A DNA stretch of 43,201 nucleotides. It comes from Parcubacteria group bacterium CG1_02_39_15. Its GTDB lineage: Bacteria > Patescibacteriota > Minisyncoccia > Minisyncoccales > Paceibacteraceae. Below the pieces are notes generated by a model. It made no database searches and was not told the origin of the DNA. It saw only the letters and a program-made list of their open reading frames with translations. The position numbers and the translations under genes are program-made. Shown here one piece after another: positions 18,412 through 27,094 of the stretch. Within the stretch, counting starts at the first letter, position 1. Each line of letters begins with the position of its first letter. Location of the stretch: positions 1-43,201 of the forward strand of contig MNWE01000046.1 of assembly GCA_001872265.1 (NCBI GenBank). Direction: 5' to 3'.

Positions 18412-19069
18412 GAAATCAAAAGTCTTTATTATTGTAGGACCGCCGGGTTCGGGAAAGGGAACTCAGGCCAAACTGCTTTGCAAGAAGTTTAATTTAGAAT
18501 ACGTTGGGAGCGGCGACACTCTGCGCGCGCGTCAAAAAACCGGTGATTTTACTGGAAAGAAGTTAATAAAAGTTATGGGAAGGGGAGAATTGGCCCCTAG
18601 CTTTGTTATTGTTAAAATTTTAGGAGACAAGTTAGAAGAATTAAAAGAGAGTTCAAAAAATGAAGGTTTTGTTTTAGATGGCTGGACCAGAATAATTTAT
18701 GAAGCTGTTCTTGCTGATGAAGCACTGACTTGGTACGAATGGAAAAAAAACGTCAAGGTTCTCTTTCTAAAGATTTCTAGAAAAGAGTCATATAATCGTT
18801 TAACCAAAAGAAGGCAATGCAAAAAATGCGGGAGATTGATCCCTTGGTTAGGAGAATTCAAAAAGATTAAAGAGTGCGACAAGTGTGGCGGAGAGCTTAT
18901 AACGCGACCGGACGACAAAATAGAATCAATAAAAATGCGTTTAGAGGAATTTAAAAATCAAACCATTCCTGCCTTAAATTATTACAAGAAACAAAGAAGA
19001 CTTATTGAGATAAACGGAGAGCAAAGCATTGAAGATGTTTTCAAAGAGATTTTGAGAAAAATCAGATGA
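18398..19069 (+). CDS. adk: Adenylate kinase (zinc-LID type)
   Basis: GPPGSGKGTQA, LID CKKCGR...CDKCGG, canonical position after secY. Confidence 0.95.
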   Translation: MKHSKKSKVFIIVGPPGSGKGTQAKLLCKKFNLEYVGSGDTLRARQKTGDFTGKKLIKVMGRGELAPSFVIVKILGDKLEELKESSKNEGFVLDGWTRIIYEAVLADEALTWYEWKKNVKVLFLKISRKESYNRLTKRRQCKKCGRLIPWLGEFKKIKECDKCGGELITRPDDKIESIKMRLEEFKNQTIPALNYYKKQRRLIEINGEQSIEDVFKEILRKIR

Positions 19070-19815
19070 TAATTGTTAAAACTCCAGAAGAGATAAAGAT
19101 AATGGCGGAAGGCGGGAAAATCCTGGCGAATATTATGAAAGAGTTGGAAAAGAATGTTGGACCAGGAATCACCACCAAAGAATTAGACGAGCTCGCAGAA
19201 GAGCTCATTTTAAAATCCGGCGGAAAATGTTCTTTTAAAAATTATCAGGGATTTCCCGCTTGCCTTTGTACTTCTATAAATGAAGAAATCGTTCATGTTA
19301 TTCCTTCAGACAGAAAATTAAAAGAGGGAGATATAATTTCTTTAGATATCGGAATGAAATATAAAGGATTTCATACGGACATGGCGATTACAATCCCAGT
19401 GGGCAAGGTTTGTCCGGAAGTCCAAAGATTAATTCGAGTTACCAAAAAAGCATTAAAAAGAGGAATTAAAAAAGCGAGAATCGGTAATACTTTTGGCGAT
19501 ATTTCGAATACCATTCAAAGATACGTAGAAGGCCAGGGCTACAATGTGGTAAGGGAACTTTGCGGCCACGGAATTGGGAAAGAAATCCACGAAGAGCCGC
19601 AAATTTTAAATTTCGGCAAAAGAAGGGCCGGGTCAGAAATTAAAGAAGGGATGACTTTTTGCATAGAGCCCATGATAACGGTGGGGGATTGGAAGTTAAA
19701 GAAAGCAAAAGACGGCCATGGCTTTGAAACCGATGACGGCTCTTTGTCTTGCCACTTCGAGCACACTATTGCCGCAACTAAAGATGGAGCTAAAATCTTA
19801 ACTATGATAAAATAG
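19066..19815 (+). CDS. map: Type I methionine aminopeptidase
   Basis: DIGMKYKGFHTDMA, GHGIGKEIHEEP and EHTI motifs. Confidence 0.96.
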   Translation: MIIVKTPEEIKIMAEGGKILANIMKELEKNVGPGITTKELDELAEELILKSGGKCSFKNYQGFPACLCTSINEEIVHVIPSDRKLKEGDIISLDIGMKYKGFHTDMAITIPVGKVCPEVQRLIRVTKKALKRGIKKARIGNTFGDISNTIQRYVEGQGYNVVRELCGHGIGKEIHEEPQILNFGKRRAGSEIKEGMTFCIEPMITVGDWKLKKAKDGHGFETDDGSLSCHFEHTIAATKDGAKILTMIK

Positions 19816-19821
19816 TTTAAT

Positions 19822-20562
19822 ATGCGGCTTTCAGTAGTAATTCCGGCTTACAACGAAGAGAAAAGGATATCAAAAACCTTAGAAGATATTGATAAATATT
19901 TAAAGAATCAGAATTACGATTACGAGATTTTAGTTGTTAATGATGGCTCAAAGGATAAAACAGTAGAAGTTGCTGAAAGTTTAATCCCCAGGATAAAAAA
20001 TTTAAAGGTTACTGGCTATAAAATAAACCAAGGAAAAGGGTATGCGGTTCGCTTTGGCATGGCAGAGGCAAAAGGGGATTATAGGCTATTTACCGACGCT
20101 GATAACTCCACTCCGATTGCGGAAGTAGAAAAAATGTGGCCCTATTTTAAAGGGACTTGCCCTGAGCCAATCGAAGGGTACGATATCATTATTGGTTCGA
20201 GAGATATCAAAGGGGCAGTATTATCTCCTCCTCAGCCTCCCATTAGAAGACTTACTGGAGAGGCCTTTGGTTTTTTGACTAATTTAATCGTTGGCACCTG
20301 GGGTCTCGCCGATAGCCAGTGCGGCTTCAAGGGATTTACTAAAAAAGTAGCCGAAGACATTTTCCCTAGATGTAAAATTAATCGTTTTTCTTTTGACCCG
20401 GAATTTTTAGCAATCGCTAAAAAATTAGGATACAAAATAAAAGAAATCCCGATTTTTTGGAGAAACGATCTTCGTAGCACGGTCAAGTTTAAATCAATGG
20501 TCAAAATGGGCATAGATTTGCTCAAAATTAGATGGAATTTAATAACTAAAAAATATGACTAA
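19822..20562 (+). CDS. Family 2 glycosyltransferase (polyprenol-phosphate glycosyltransferase-like)
   Basis: VVIPAYNEE, VVNDGSKD and TDADNS (DxD) motifs. Confidence 0.85.
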   Translation: MRLSVVIPAYNEEKRISKTLEDIDKYLKNQNYDYEILVVNDGSKDKTVEVAESLIPRIKNLKVTGYKINQGKGYAVRFGMAEAKGDYRLFTDADNSTPIAEVEKMWPYFKGTCPEPIEGYDIIIGSRDIKGAVLSPPQPPIRRLTGEAFGFLTNLIVGTWGLADSQCGFKGFTKKVAEDIFPRCKINRFSFDPEFLAIAKKLGYKIKEIPIFWRNDLRSTVKFKSMVKMGIDLLKIRWNLITKKYD

Positions 20563-21652
20563 AGGGTCCCAAAAAGTTTACCCTGTTAAATCCCGCAAAG
20601 CAGGAATTTCGCTAAAGGCGAAATTATTTAACAGGGTAAAATTTCCTTCGGAGCTTCGTTTTGATTTAATATCCAAAGACTGGGTGGTTATTGCTACCGG
20701 CAGGGCCAGAAGGCCGGAAACCTTTAAAGCTGAACAAAGAAAAATAGATAAAGTTCCCAAGTCCGAGTGCCCTTTCTGTAAAATTGCTACCCAGGAGAAG
20801 CCCACCCTCATTTTTTCTAATGGCAAAAAAATGCCTCAAAGCAAAGGAATTCCCAAAAATTGGACCACTATTGTTATTCCCAATAAATACCCCGCTTTTC
20901 TTCCTTTTCCGAAATTAGATAAACATATAGAAGGAGGTTTATATGAAACAGTGAACGCAGTGGGCTTTCACGAGGTGGTGGTTACCAGAAGCCACGAAAA
21001 GCAATTGGCCCAGTTTTCCTTAAAAGAAGTAAAAGAAGTATTTGATGTTTATCAAGAAAGATACCGAGATTTAATGAAGAAAAATTTCGTGAATCATATT
21101 TCTATTTTTCACAATCATGGTTTTGAATCTGGAGCATCAATTGCTCACCCTCATTCTCAGATTATTACCACTCCTTTAGTTGATGTTGATGTTCAAAAAG
21201 GCCTTTTAAATTCTGAAAAATATTTTAAGACAAATAGAAAATGTATTTATTGCCAGATGAACGAATGGGAGAGGAAAGTGAAGAAAAGGGTAATTTTTGA
21301 AAATAAACAATTTTTAGCCGTTTGTCCTTTTGCCTCAAAATCCGCCTTTCAGGTTATTGTTTCGCCAAAATCACACCTTTCTTATTTTGAAAAGGCGAAT
21401 GATGAGGAAAAACGGCAGTTGTCAGAAGCTTTCAGAGCGGCGTTAAAAAAAGTCTACAAAGGATTAGACGACCCTCCCTACAACTTTTATTTGCACACCG
21501 CTCCCTGCGACGGTAAAAAATACGGTTATTACCACTGGCATTGGACCATTTTGCCCAAAACCGCCACCTGGGCAGGTTTTGAACTGGGAGCAAGAATGGA
21601 AATTTCCACCATTGCGCCAGAAAAAGCCGCCGCATATTTAAGAAAACAGTAA
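20555..21652 (+). CDS. galT: Galactose-1-phosphate uridylyltransferase-like HIT-superfamily protein
   Basis: N-terminal CPFC, the HPHSQI histidine triad variant, and two half-domains. Confidence 0.75.
   Translation: MTKGSQKVYPVKSRKAGISLKAKLFNRVKFPSELRFDLISKDWVVIATGRARRPETFKAEQRKIDKVPKSECPFCKIATQEKPTLIFSNGKKMPQSKGIPKNWTTIVIPNKYPAFLPFPKLDKHIEGGLYETVNAVGFHEVVVTRSHEKQLAQFSLKEVKEVFDVYQERYRDLMKKNFVNHISIFHNHGFESGASIAHPHSQIITTPLVDVDVQKGLLNSEKYFKTNRKCIYCQMNEWERKVKKRVIFENKQFLAVCPFASKSAFQVIVSPKSHLSYFEKANDEEKRQLSEAFRAALKKVYKGLDDPPYNFYLHTAPCDGKKYGYYHWHWTILPKTATWAGFELGARMEISTIAPEKAAAYLRKQ
20578..20639. repeat. 62-nt nested palindrome inside the 5' end of the galT-like CDS
   Basis: The outer stem is TTACCCTGTTAAAT / ATTTAACAGGGTAA. 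The inner stem is AATTTCGC-TAAAG-GCGAAATT. Confidence 0.8.
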
Positions 21653-21668
21653 GGTTGCTCGGCAACTA

Positions 21669-21781
21669 AGTTTTGAAAGTACCGCTCCTCAAAGTCCCTG
21701 CGAGATTTTGGGAGCTGCGCTCTCAGCGATTTACCCTTCGGGACCATGCTAAATCGCTTCCGAGAGCTACTTTAAAACTTG
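21669..21781. repeat. About 113-nt long imperfect hairpin element with an apical CCC-UUC-GGG
   Basis: The outer stem is AAGTTTTGAAAGTA / TACTTTAAAACTT. The inner stem is GCTCTCAGCGATTTA / TAAATCGCTTCCGAGAGC. Confidence 0.7.
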
Positions 21782-21798
21782 TTGCCTCGCTAAAACTT

Positions 21799-22548
21799 AT
21801 GGTTAAAATTATTATTATAGCCAATTGGAAGATGAATCCCGCAACCCTTACTGAGGCTAAGCGGAATTTTGAGATTATCAAAAAGGGAGTTAGAAATATT
21901 AAAAAGGTAGAACCTGTAATTTGTGCTCCTTTTATTTTTCTGCCCGTTTTAAAAGCGACCAATTATCTTAAGCTTGGAGCTCAGGATTGTTTTTTGGGGG
22001 AAAGGGGTCCTTTTACTGGTGAGGTTTCGCCTAAACAGCTTAAAAGTTTGGGAGTAGGTTATGTAATTTTGGGACATTCTGAAAGAAGGAAGCACTCCGG
22101 AGAATTAACAGAATTAGTTAACCGGAAAATAATAGCCGCTTTGGGAGCCGGCCTTAAAGTTATTTTTTGTGTCGGTAGCGAAACAAAAAAGCCCGGTAAA
22201 GAAATGAGATATCAACTAAAGACTGGGTTAAAGGGAGTAAAAAAGCAAGACGTGGCTAAATTAGTTTTCGTTTATGAACCGGTCTGGGCCATCAGCACGA
22301 GCAAGAATAAAGTGGTTGCTACCCCCCAAGAAGCATTGAAAGGCGGCCTTTATATAAGAGATATTTTGGGAAAAATATTTGACGAAGAAACAGCCAAAAA
22401 AGCCAAGATTATTTATGGCGGCAGTGTTGACAGCAGCAATATAAGAGGATTTATTAAGGAGGGCAAAATGGCCGGTGGCTTGCCGGGAGCCGCTTCTTTG
22501 GACCCCCATGAATTTATTAGGATGGTCAAGGCGGTCGATGAATCTTAA
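21799..22548 (+). CDS. tpiA: Triosephosphate isomerase
   Basis: IIIANWKMN, ILGHSERR and YEPVWAI motifs. The ORF-track start at 21673 lies in the hairpin element. Confidence 0.93.
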   Translation: MVKIIIIANWKMNPATLTEAKRNFEIIKKGVRNIKKVEPVICAPFIFLPVLKATNYLKLGAQDCFLGERGPFTGEVSPKQLKSLGVGYVILGHSERRKHSGELTELVNRKIIAALGAGLKVIFCVGSETKKPGKEMRYQLKTGLKGVKKQDVAKLVFVYEPVWAISTSKNKVVATPQEALKGGLYIRDILGKIFDEETAKKAKIIYGGSVDSSNIRGFIKEGKMAGGLPGAASLDPHEFIRMVKAVDES

Positions 22549-22593
22549 GGTCGTTGATTTTACTAACAAAACTTGCTAAGATAATTAAGATAT

Positions 22594-23109
22594 ATGGAGA
22601 AGATTTCCAATGGATATTTTTATAATCCTACTAAGGGCAACCTCAAAATAAATGGGGTGATTGAAGAATTGCGGCATTACATCTCTGAAAAACCAGAGAA
22701 GTTTTATGATATTATTGTCGGCTGCGATTCCTCCTCGGGAGAGGAGCCTCATTTCCCCTTAGCAGTAGTTATTTTGCGGACCGGAGAGGGAGGCCGTTTT
22801 TTTCTTAAAAAAGTCGCCTATAAGGGCAGAAAATTTTACAATTGGAAGCAGAGAATTTTAGAAGAAGTTTTTCTTTCCTGCCAGTTAGCTTTATATTTAA
22901 GAGAAAACTTTGAAAAAAACCTTCAAGACCTTAATTCTCCCGACAATATCCGTTATCAATTCCGCTATATTCACGCCGACGTCGGAGAAAACGGCAAAAC
23001 GAAAAATATGATTAAGGAAGTCACCGGTTTGATTAAAGGAAACGGCTTTGAGCCAAAAATAAAACCAGAATCTTTTGTCGCTTCAACCGTAGCTGACAGA
23101 TATTCTTAA
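22594..23109 (+). CDS. DUF458 / YkuK-like RNase H-fold protein
   Basis: VGCDSS..., HADVGENGKTKNMIKEVTG and KIKPESFVASTVADRYS resemble Bacillus YkuK (recalled from memory). Confidence 0.6.
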   Translation: MEKISNGYFYNPTKGNLKINGVIEELRHYISEKPEKFYDIIVGCDSSSGEEPHFPLAVVILRTGEGGRFFLKKVAYKGRKFYNWKQRILEEVFLSCQLALYLRENFEKNLQDLNSPDNIRYQFRYIHADVGENGKTKNMIKEVTGLIKGNGFEPKIKPESFVASTVADRYS

Positions 23110-23111
23110 AA

Positions 23112-24782
23112 ATGACCTTTGCTAAATTGCGTAGAGATTTTTTAGCTTTTTTTGAGAAGAGGGGACACAAGATTGTCCCTTCTTCTTCGCTTATGCCCAC
23201 TGACCCCTCGGTTCTTTTTACTTCAGCTGGCATGCAGCAGTTCAAACCCTATTATTTGGGCGAAAAATCGCCTTACGGGCTAAATGTTGCGACTTGCCAG
23301 AAATGTTTCAGAACCTCTGATATTGAAGAAGTTGGTGACGAAAGCCATTTAACTTTTTTGGAAATGCTGGGCAATTTTTCTTTCGGAGGATATTTTAAAA
23401 AAGAAGCAATTAAACTCGCTTTTGAGCTCGTAAATTCCACATTCCAAATTCCAAAATCCAAAATGACGATTACTGTTTTTGGCGGCGACAAAGAAGTGCC
23501 AGAAGATAAAGAATCAGCAGAAATTTGGAAAAAATTAGGAATACCGGAAGAAAAAATAAAAAAATGCGGTAGAGAAGATAATTTTTGGGGTCCCACCGGC
23601 GAGGAAGGGCCCTGCGGACCTACCACCGAAATTCATATAAATGGCATAGAAGTTTGGAACTTAGTCTTTAATGAATTTTATCAAAACAAGAATAAGAAAC
23701 TGACGCCTTTAGAACAGAAGGGGGTTGACACTGGCATGGGGCTGGAGAGGTTGGCGATGGTAGCTCAAAACAAACCCAGTGTATTTGAAACCGATTTATT
23801 TGAACCGTTTATCCGAGAACTTCCCGAGACTAATATTAAAGCCAGAAGAATTATCGCAGATCACATTAGAGGTTCAGTTTTCTTAATCTCCGAAGGAATT
23901 TTACCTTCCAACGTAGAACAAGGATATATTTTAAGAAGAATTTTAAGAAGAACAATTCGTTATGGGAAATTGCTTAACTTAGTTAAGCAATTTCTAATTC
24001 CCCTGGCACAAAGAGTGATTGAGATTTACAAAGACATTTATCCCGAATTAAAATCCAAAGAAGCCGACATTTTAACGGTTATTCAGAACGAAGAAGAAAA
24101 GTTTGAAAAAACTTTGGAAATAGGAATTAAGCAATTCGGAAAGGTTGCTCTTCGGGGAGCGATTTCGGGCAAAGATGCTTTTCACCTTTTCGACACTTAT
24201 GGATTTCCGTTAGAACTGACCCAGGAATTAGCCAAAGAAAAAGGGATAAAGGTTGACACGGAGGGATTTAAAGCAGCGTTTGAAAAACACCGGGAAATCT
24301 CCAGGGCCGGAGTTGAAAAGAAATTTGGCGGAGTGGGGAAAGGCGCAACTATAGAAGCCGCGAAATTGCATACTGCCACTCACTTATTGCACGCTGCTCT
24401 CAGAGAAGTTTTAGGCGAGCACGTTCAACAAATGGGTTCAGATATTACTTCCCAGAGGTTGCGTTTTGATTTTTCTCATCCTGTCAAAATGACCCAAGAA
24501 CAAGTTAAAAAAGTTGAAGACTTGGTTAATCAAAAAATAAGAGAAGATTTAGAAGTGAAAAAGGAAGAAACGGATTATCAAACAGCTGTAAAATCTGGAG
24601 CGTTGGCGTTCTTCAAAGACAAGTATCCCGGGAAAGTGACCGTCTATTCTATAAGGGGATTTTCTAAGGAAATTTGCGCTGGACCTCATGCAAAAAAAAC
24701 CGGAGAGCTCAGCCATTTTAGAATTATAAAAGAAGAATCGTCCGGCTCGGGCGTTAGGAGAATTAGAGCAATATTAAAATAA
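23112..24782 (+). CDS. alaS: Alanine--tRNA ligase, short form lacking the C-Ala domain
   Basis: FTSAGMQQFKP, DTGMGLERL, and editing motifs HTATHLLH and CAGPH. Only 556 aa. Confidence 0.93.
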   Translation: MTFAKLRRDFLAFFEKRGHKIVPSSSLMPTDPSVLFTSAGMQQFKPYYLGEKSPYGLNVATCQKCFRTSDIEEVGDESHLTFLEMLGNFSFGGYFKKEAIKLAFELVNSTFQIPKSKMTITVFGGDKEVPEDKESAEIWKKLGIPEEKIKKCGREDNFWGPTGEEGPCGPTTEIHINGIEVWNLVFNEFYQNKNKKLTPLEQKGVDTGMGLERLAMVAQNKPSVFETDLFEPFIRELPETNIKARRIIADHIRGSVFLISEGILPSNVEQGYILRRILRRTIRYGKLLNLVKQFLIPLAQRVIEIYKDIYPELKSKEADILTVIQNEEEKFEKTLEIGIKQFGKVALRGAISGKDAFHLFDTYGFPLELTQELAKEKGIKVDTEGFKAAFEKHREISRAGVEKKFGGVGKGATIEAAKLHTATHLLHAALREVLGEHVQQMGSDITSQRLRFDFSHPVKMTQEQVKKVEDLVNQKIREDLEVKKEETDYQTAVKSGALAFFKDKYPGKVTVYSIRGFSKEICAGPHAKKTGELSHFRIIKEESSGSGVRRIRAILK

Positions 24783-24811
24783 TTTGATATAATAAATGAA
24801 GTATTACCACT

Positions 24812-26092
24812 ATGGAGAAAAGAGTAATTGATATTTCTCCCCCGGGGAAGAAAAAAGAAAAAGAGATTAGAGAGGAATTGCCTCCAGTAAGAGAGCCAAG
24901 TTTTAGCTTTAAGAGACCTGAAATAAAAATTACGGCTCCGAAACTTCCTTTTAATAAGGTTTTCTTAGTTATTGCCGCAGTTTTAATAATAATTGGAGTG
25001 ATTGTTAGTTCCAGTCTGTCGCGGGCCGAAATTGAAATAAAGCCAGAAATAGAAATTTTGACTTTCAAAACCAAAGCAACAGTAGACAAATCCGCAGAAG
25101 CAATTAATTTTTTAGATAAGGTAGTCCCGGGGAAAATTTTTCAGACTGAAAAAACGGTTTCTGGGGATTTTTCTTCTTCCGGCGAGATGTCAGAGGCTAA
25201 GAAAGCTGAAGGTACAATTAAGATCTATAATAATTATAATTCACCCCAAGTTTTAGTAGCCCAGACGAGATTCCAGGCGCCTTTAGAAAAATTTCAGCCT
25301 TCTCTCGAGAAAGGAGAAAACCCATGGTTCAGAACCGTAGAAAGGGTAGTTATCCCAACTAAGGGGCAAGTTGATGTTAAAGTAATAGCTGATAGCCCGG
25401 GCGAAAAATATAATATTGAAGCTTCAACTTTTTCTGTTCCTGGTTTGGCTGGAACTCCTCAATACACATTTGTTTATGGCAAGTCTTCTGAGTCAATAAA
25501 GGGGGGCATGTTAGCAAGAACCTCCCAAGTTACCCAGGAAGATTTAGATAAGGCAAAAGAGTCGCTTACGGAAAAAGCCAAAAAAGAATGCAACGAAGAT
25601 TTAAAAAATAAAATTTCAGCTGACTTCGCCTTCTTGGCAGAAGCCACAACAACGGAAATCATTGAGGCTAGCTCTTTGGCAAAACCCGGAGTGGGTTTGG
25701 AAAAATTTAATTATCAAGTAAAAGCTCGTTCACTTACTTTAGCTTTTAAGGTGGAAGACCTTAAGAAATTCGCTAACGAATTTATTTTATCTCAAGTCCC
25801 CGACAATAAAGTAATTTATCCGGCGAGTTTGAAAGTAAATTATTTTTTGACCAACTCCACCTTAGAGGCAGGGAAAATCATTCTTTCTTTAGATTTGGAA
25901 GCTAAAATTTATTCGGACATCGACGAGACCGCATTAAAAAGAGCTTTGGAAAAGAAATCGGCCGCCGAAGCTAAATTGTTTTTGGAGGGGCAGCCAGAAA
26001 TTAGCGAGGCTAAAATCAAGCTTTGGCCATTTTGGGTAAAGGAGATTCCCGCTGAAGAAGGGAAGGTTAAAATAACCTTAAGGATTGACTAA
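24812..26092 (+). CDS. Hypothetical single-pass membrane-anchored protein
   Basis: A charged N-terminus is followed by a TM helix (VFLVIAAVLIIIGVIV) and a large extracytoplasmic part. I recognise no family. Confidence 0.6.
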   Translation: MEKRVIDISPPGKKKEKEIREELPPVREPSFSFKRPEIKITAPKLPFNKVFLVIAAVLIIIGVIVSSSLSRAEIEIKPEIEILTFKTKATVDKSAEAINFLDKVVPGKIFQTEKTVSGDFSSSGEMSEAKKAEGTIKIYNNYNSPQVLVAQTRFQAPLEKFQPSLEKGENPWFRTVERVVIPTKGQVDVKVIADSPGEKYNIEASTFSVPGLAGTPQYTFVYGKSSESIKGGMLARTSQVTQEDLDKAKESLTEKAKKECNEDLKNKISADFAFLAEATTTEIIEASSLAKPGVGLEKFNYQVKARSLTLAFKVEDLKKFANEFILSQVPDNKVIYPASLKVNYFLTNSTLEAGKIILSLDLEAKIYSDIDETALKRALEKKSAAEAKLFLEGQPEISEAKIKLWPFWVKEIPAEEGKVKITLRID

Positions 26093-26131
26093 AGAAGAAA
26101 TGCTTGGTATATTATCTAATTGTATTTAAAG

Positions 26132-26350
26132 ATGAATAAAAAAAATTTTTCTCGTCAATTCGGGACAATTTTAGAAGCCTTGCCTAGCGCCAATTTCAAA
26201 GTAAGATTAGATGACGGAAGAGAGGCGCTTTGCCATCTGGCGGGGAAACTGAGGATATATCATATTAAGATCTTGCCCGGCGACAGAGTTCAGGTTGAAT
26301 TAAGCCCCTACGATGAGAAAAGAGGAAGGATCGTTTATAGAGAAAAATAG
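26132..26350 (+). CDS. infA: Translation initiation factor IF-1
   Basis: 72 aa, [19 protein letters not shown]...[13 protein letters not shown] (S1-like fold). Confidence 0.95.
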   Translation: MNKKNFSRQFGTILEALPSANFKVRLDDGREALCHLAGKLRIYHIKILPGDRVQVELSPYDEKRGRIVYREK

Positions 26351-26425
26351 TCAATGAAGCTAAAGCTTCATTTCCATCTGCGCTTTCACATATTTTATTA
26401 ATATAAAATGAATAAAGCTTGATAA

Positions 26426-26539
26426 ATGAAAGTTAGACCATCAGTAAAAAAAATTTGTAAGAAATGCAAAATCGTCCGCCGAAAAGGACGAGTTTATGTC
26501 ATTTGTAAAAATCCCAGACATAAACAACGCCAAGGCTGA
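26426..26539 (+). CDS. rpmJ: 50S ribosomal protein L36
   Basis: Hand-translated 37 aa, [37 protein letters not shown]. It is below the ORF-track cutoff. Confidence 0.93.
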   Translation: MKVRPSVKKICKKCKIVRRKGRVYVICKNPRHKQRQG

Positions 26540-26698
26540 CAATTCGCTTCGCGAACACACGGATTTACACAGATGAGCGTCGCCTTCGGCGACTGCACAG
26601 ATATACACAGATTATTTTTATCCGTGTCAATCTGTGTAAGCGTGCAGAGCACGCGAAAATATCCGTGTAGATCTGTGTATTTTGCGAAGCAAAATTAC
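26540..26698. repeat. CACAGAT/ATCTGTG-family element, copy c, with GUCGCC-UUCG-GGCGAC, GCGUGC-AGA-GCACGC and UUUUGC-GAA-GCAAAA hairpins
   Basis: It shares the core AATCTGTGTAAGCGTGC.GAGCACGCGAAA with 14212-14316. Confidence 0.85.
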
Positions 26699-27088
26699 AT
26701 GCCGAGAATTGCCGGGATAAACATCCCAGAAGACAAACAAATAAAAACTGCCTTGACCTATATTTACGGAATAGGTCTTTCTTTGGCGAGAAAGATTTTA
26801 AATGAAGCTGGCGTAGAGCCGCAGCTTCGTGCCTCTCAATTAACTCCAGAGCAGGTAAATAAACTTAAAGAGATTATCGAGAAGGAATATAAAATTGAAG
26901 GAGAGTTGAGGAGAGAGGTGATGATGAACATCAAAAGATTAAAAGACATAGGTTCTTGGCGGGGTTCGCGGCATATTAAAGGATTACCAGTTCGGGGTCA
27001 AAGAACCCGTACCAACACTCGGACCGTCAGGGGTAATGTTAGAAAGACCGTGGGAAGCGGTAGAAAGCCAGCCGCTACTCCAACCTAA
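26699..27088 (+). CDS. rpsM: 30S ribosomal protein S13
   Basis: MPRIAGINIPEDK...GLPVRGQRTRTN. The start at 26573 lies in the repeat and looks spurious. Confidence 0.96.
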   Translation: MPRIAGINIPEDKQIKTALTYIYGIGLSLARKILNEAGVEPQLRASQLTPEQVNKLKEIIEKEYKIEGELRREVMMNIKRLKDIGSWRGSRHIKGLPVRGQRTRTNTRTVRGNVRKTVGSGRKPAATPT

Positions 27089-27094
27089 TAAATT

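Noticed and set aside
23432-23464. CCAAATT-like stretch in alaS as an insertion.
   Set aside because: The encoded FQIPKSKMTITVF aligns in length with the usual AlaRS ...GLPKEKLYVTVF segment, so there is no length gain. It may be chance similarity or conversion, so it is mentioned only under the gatA finding.
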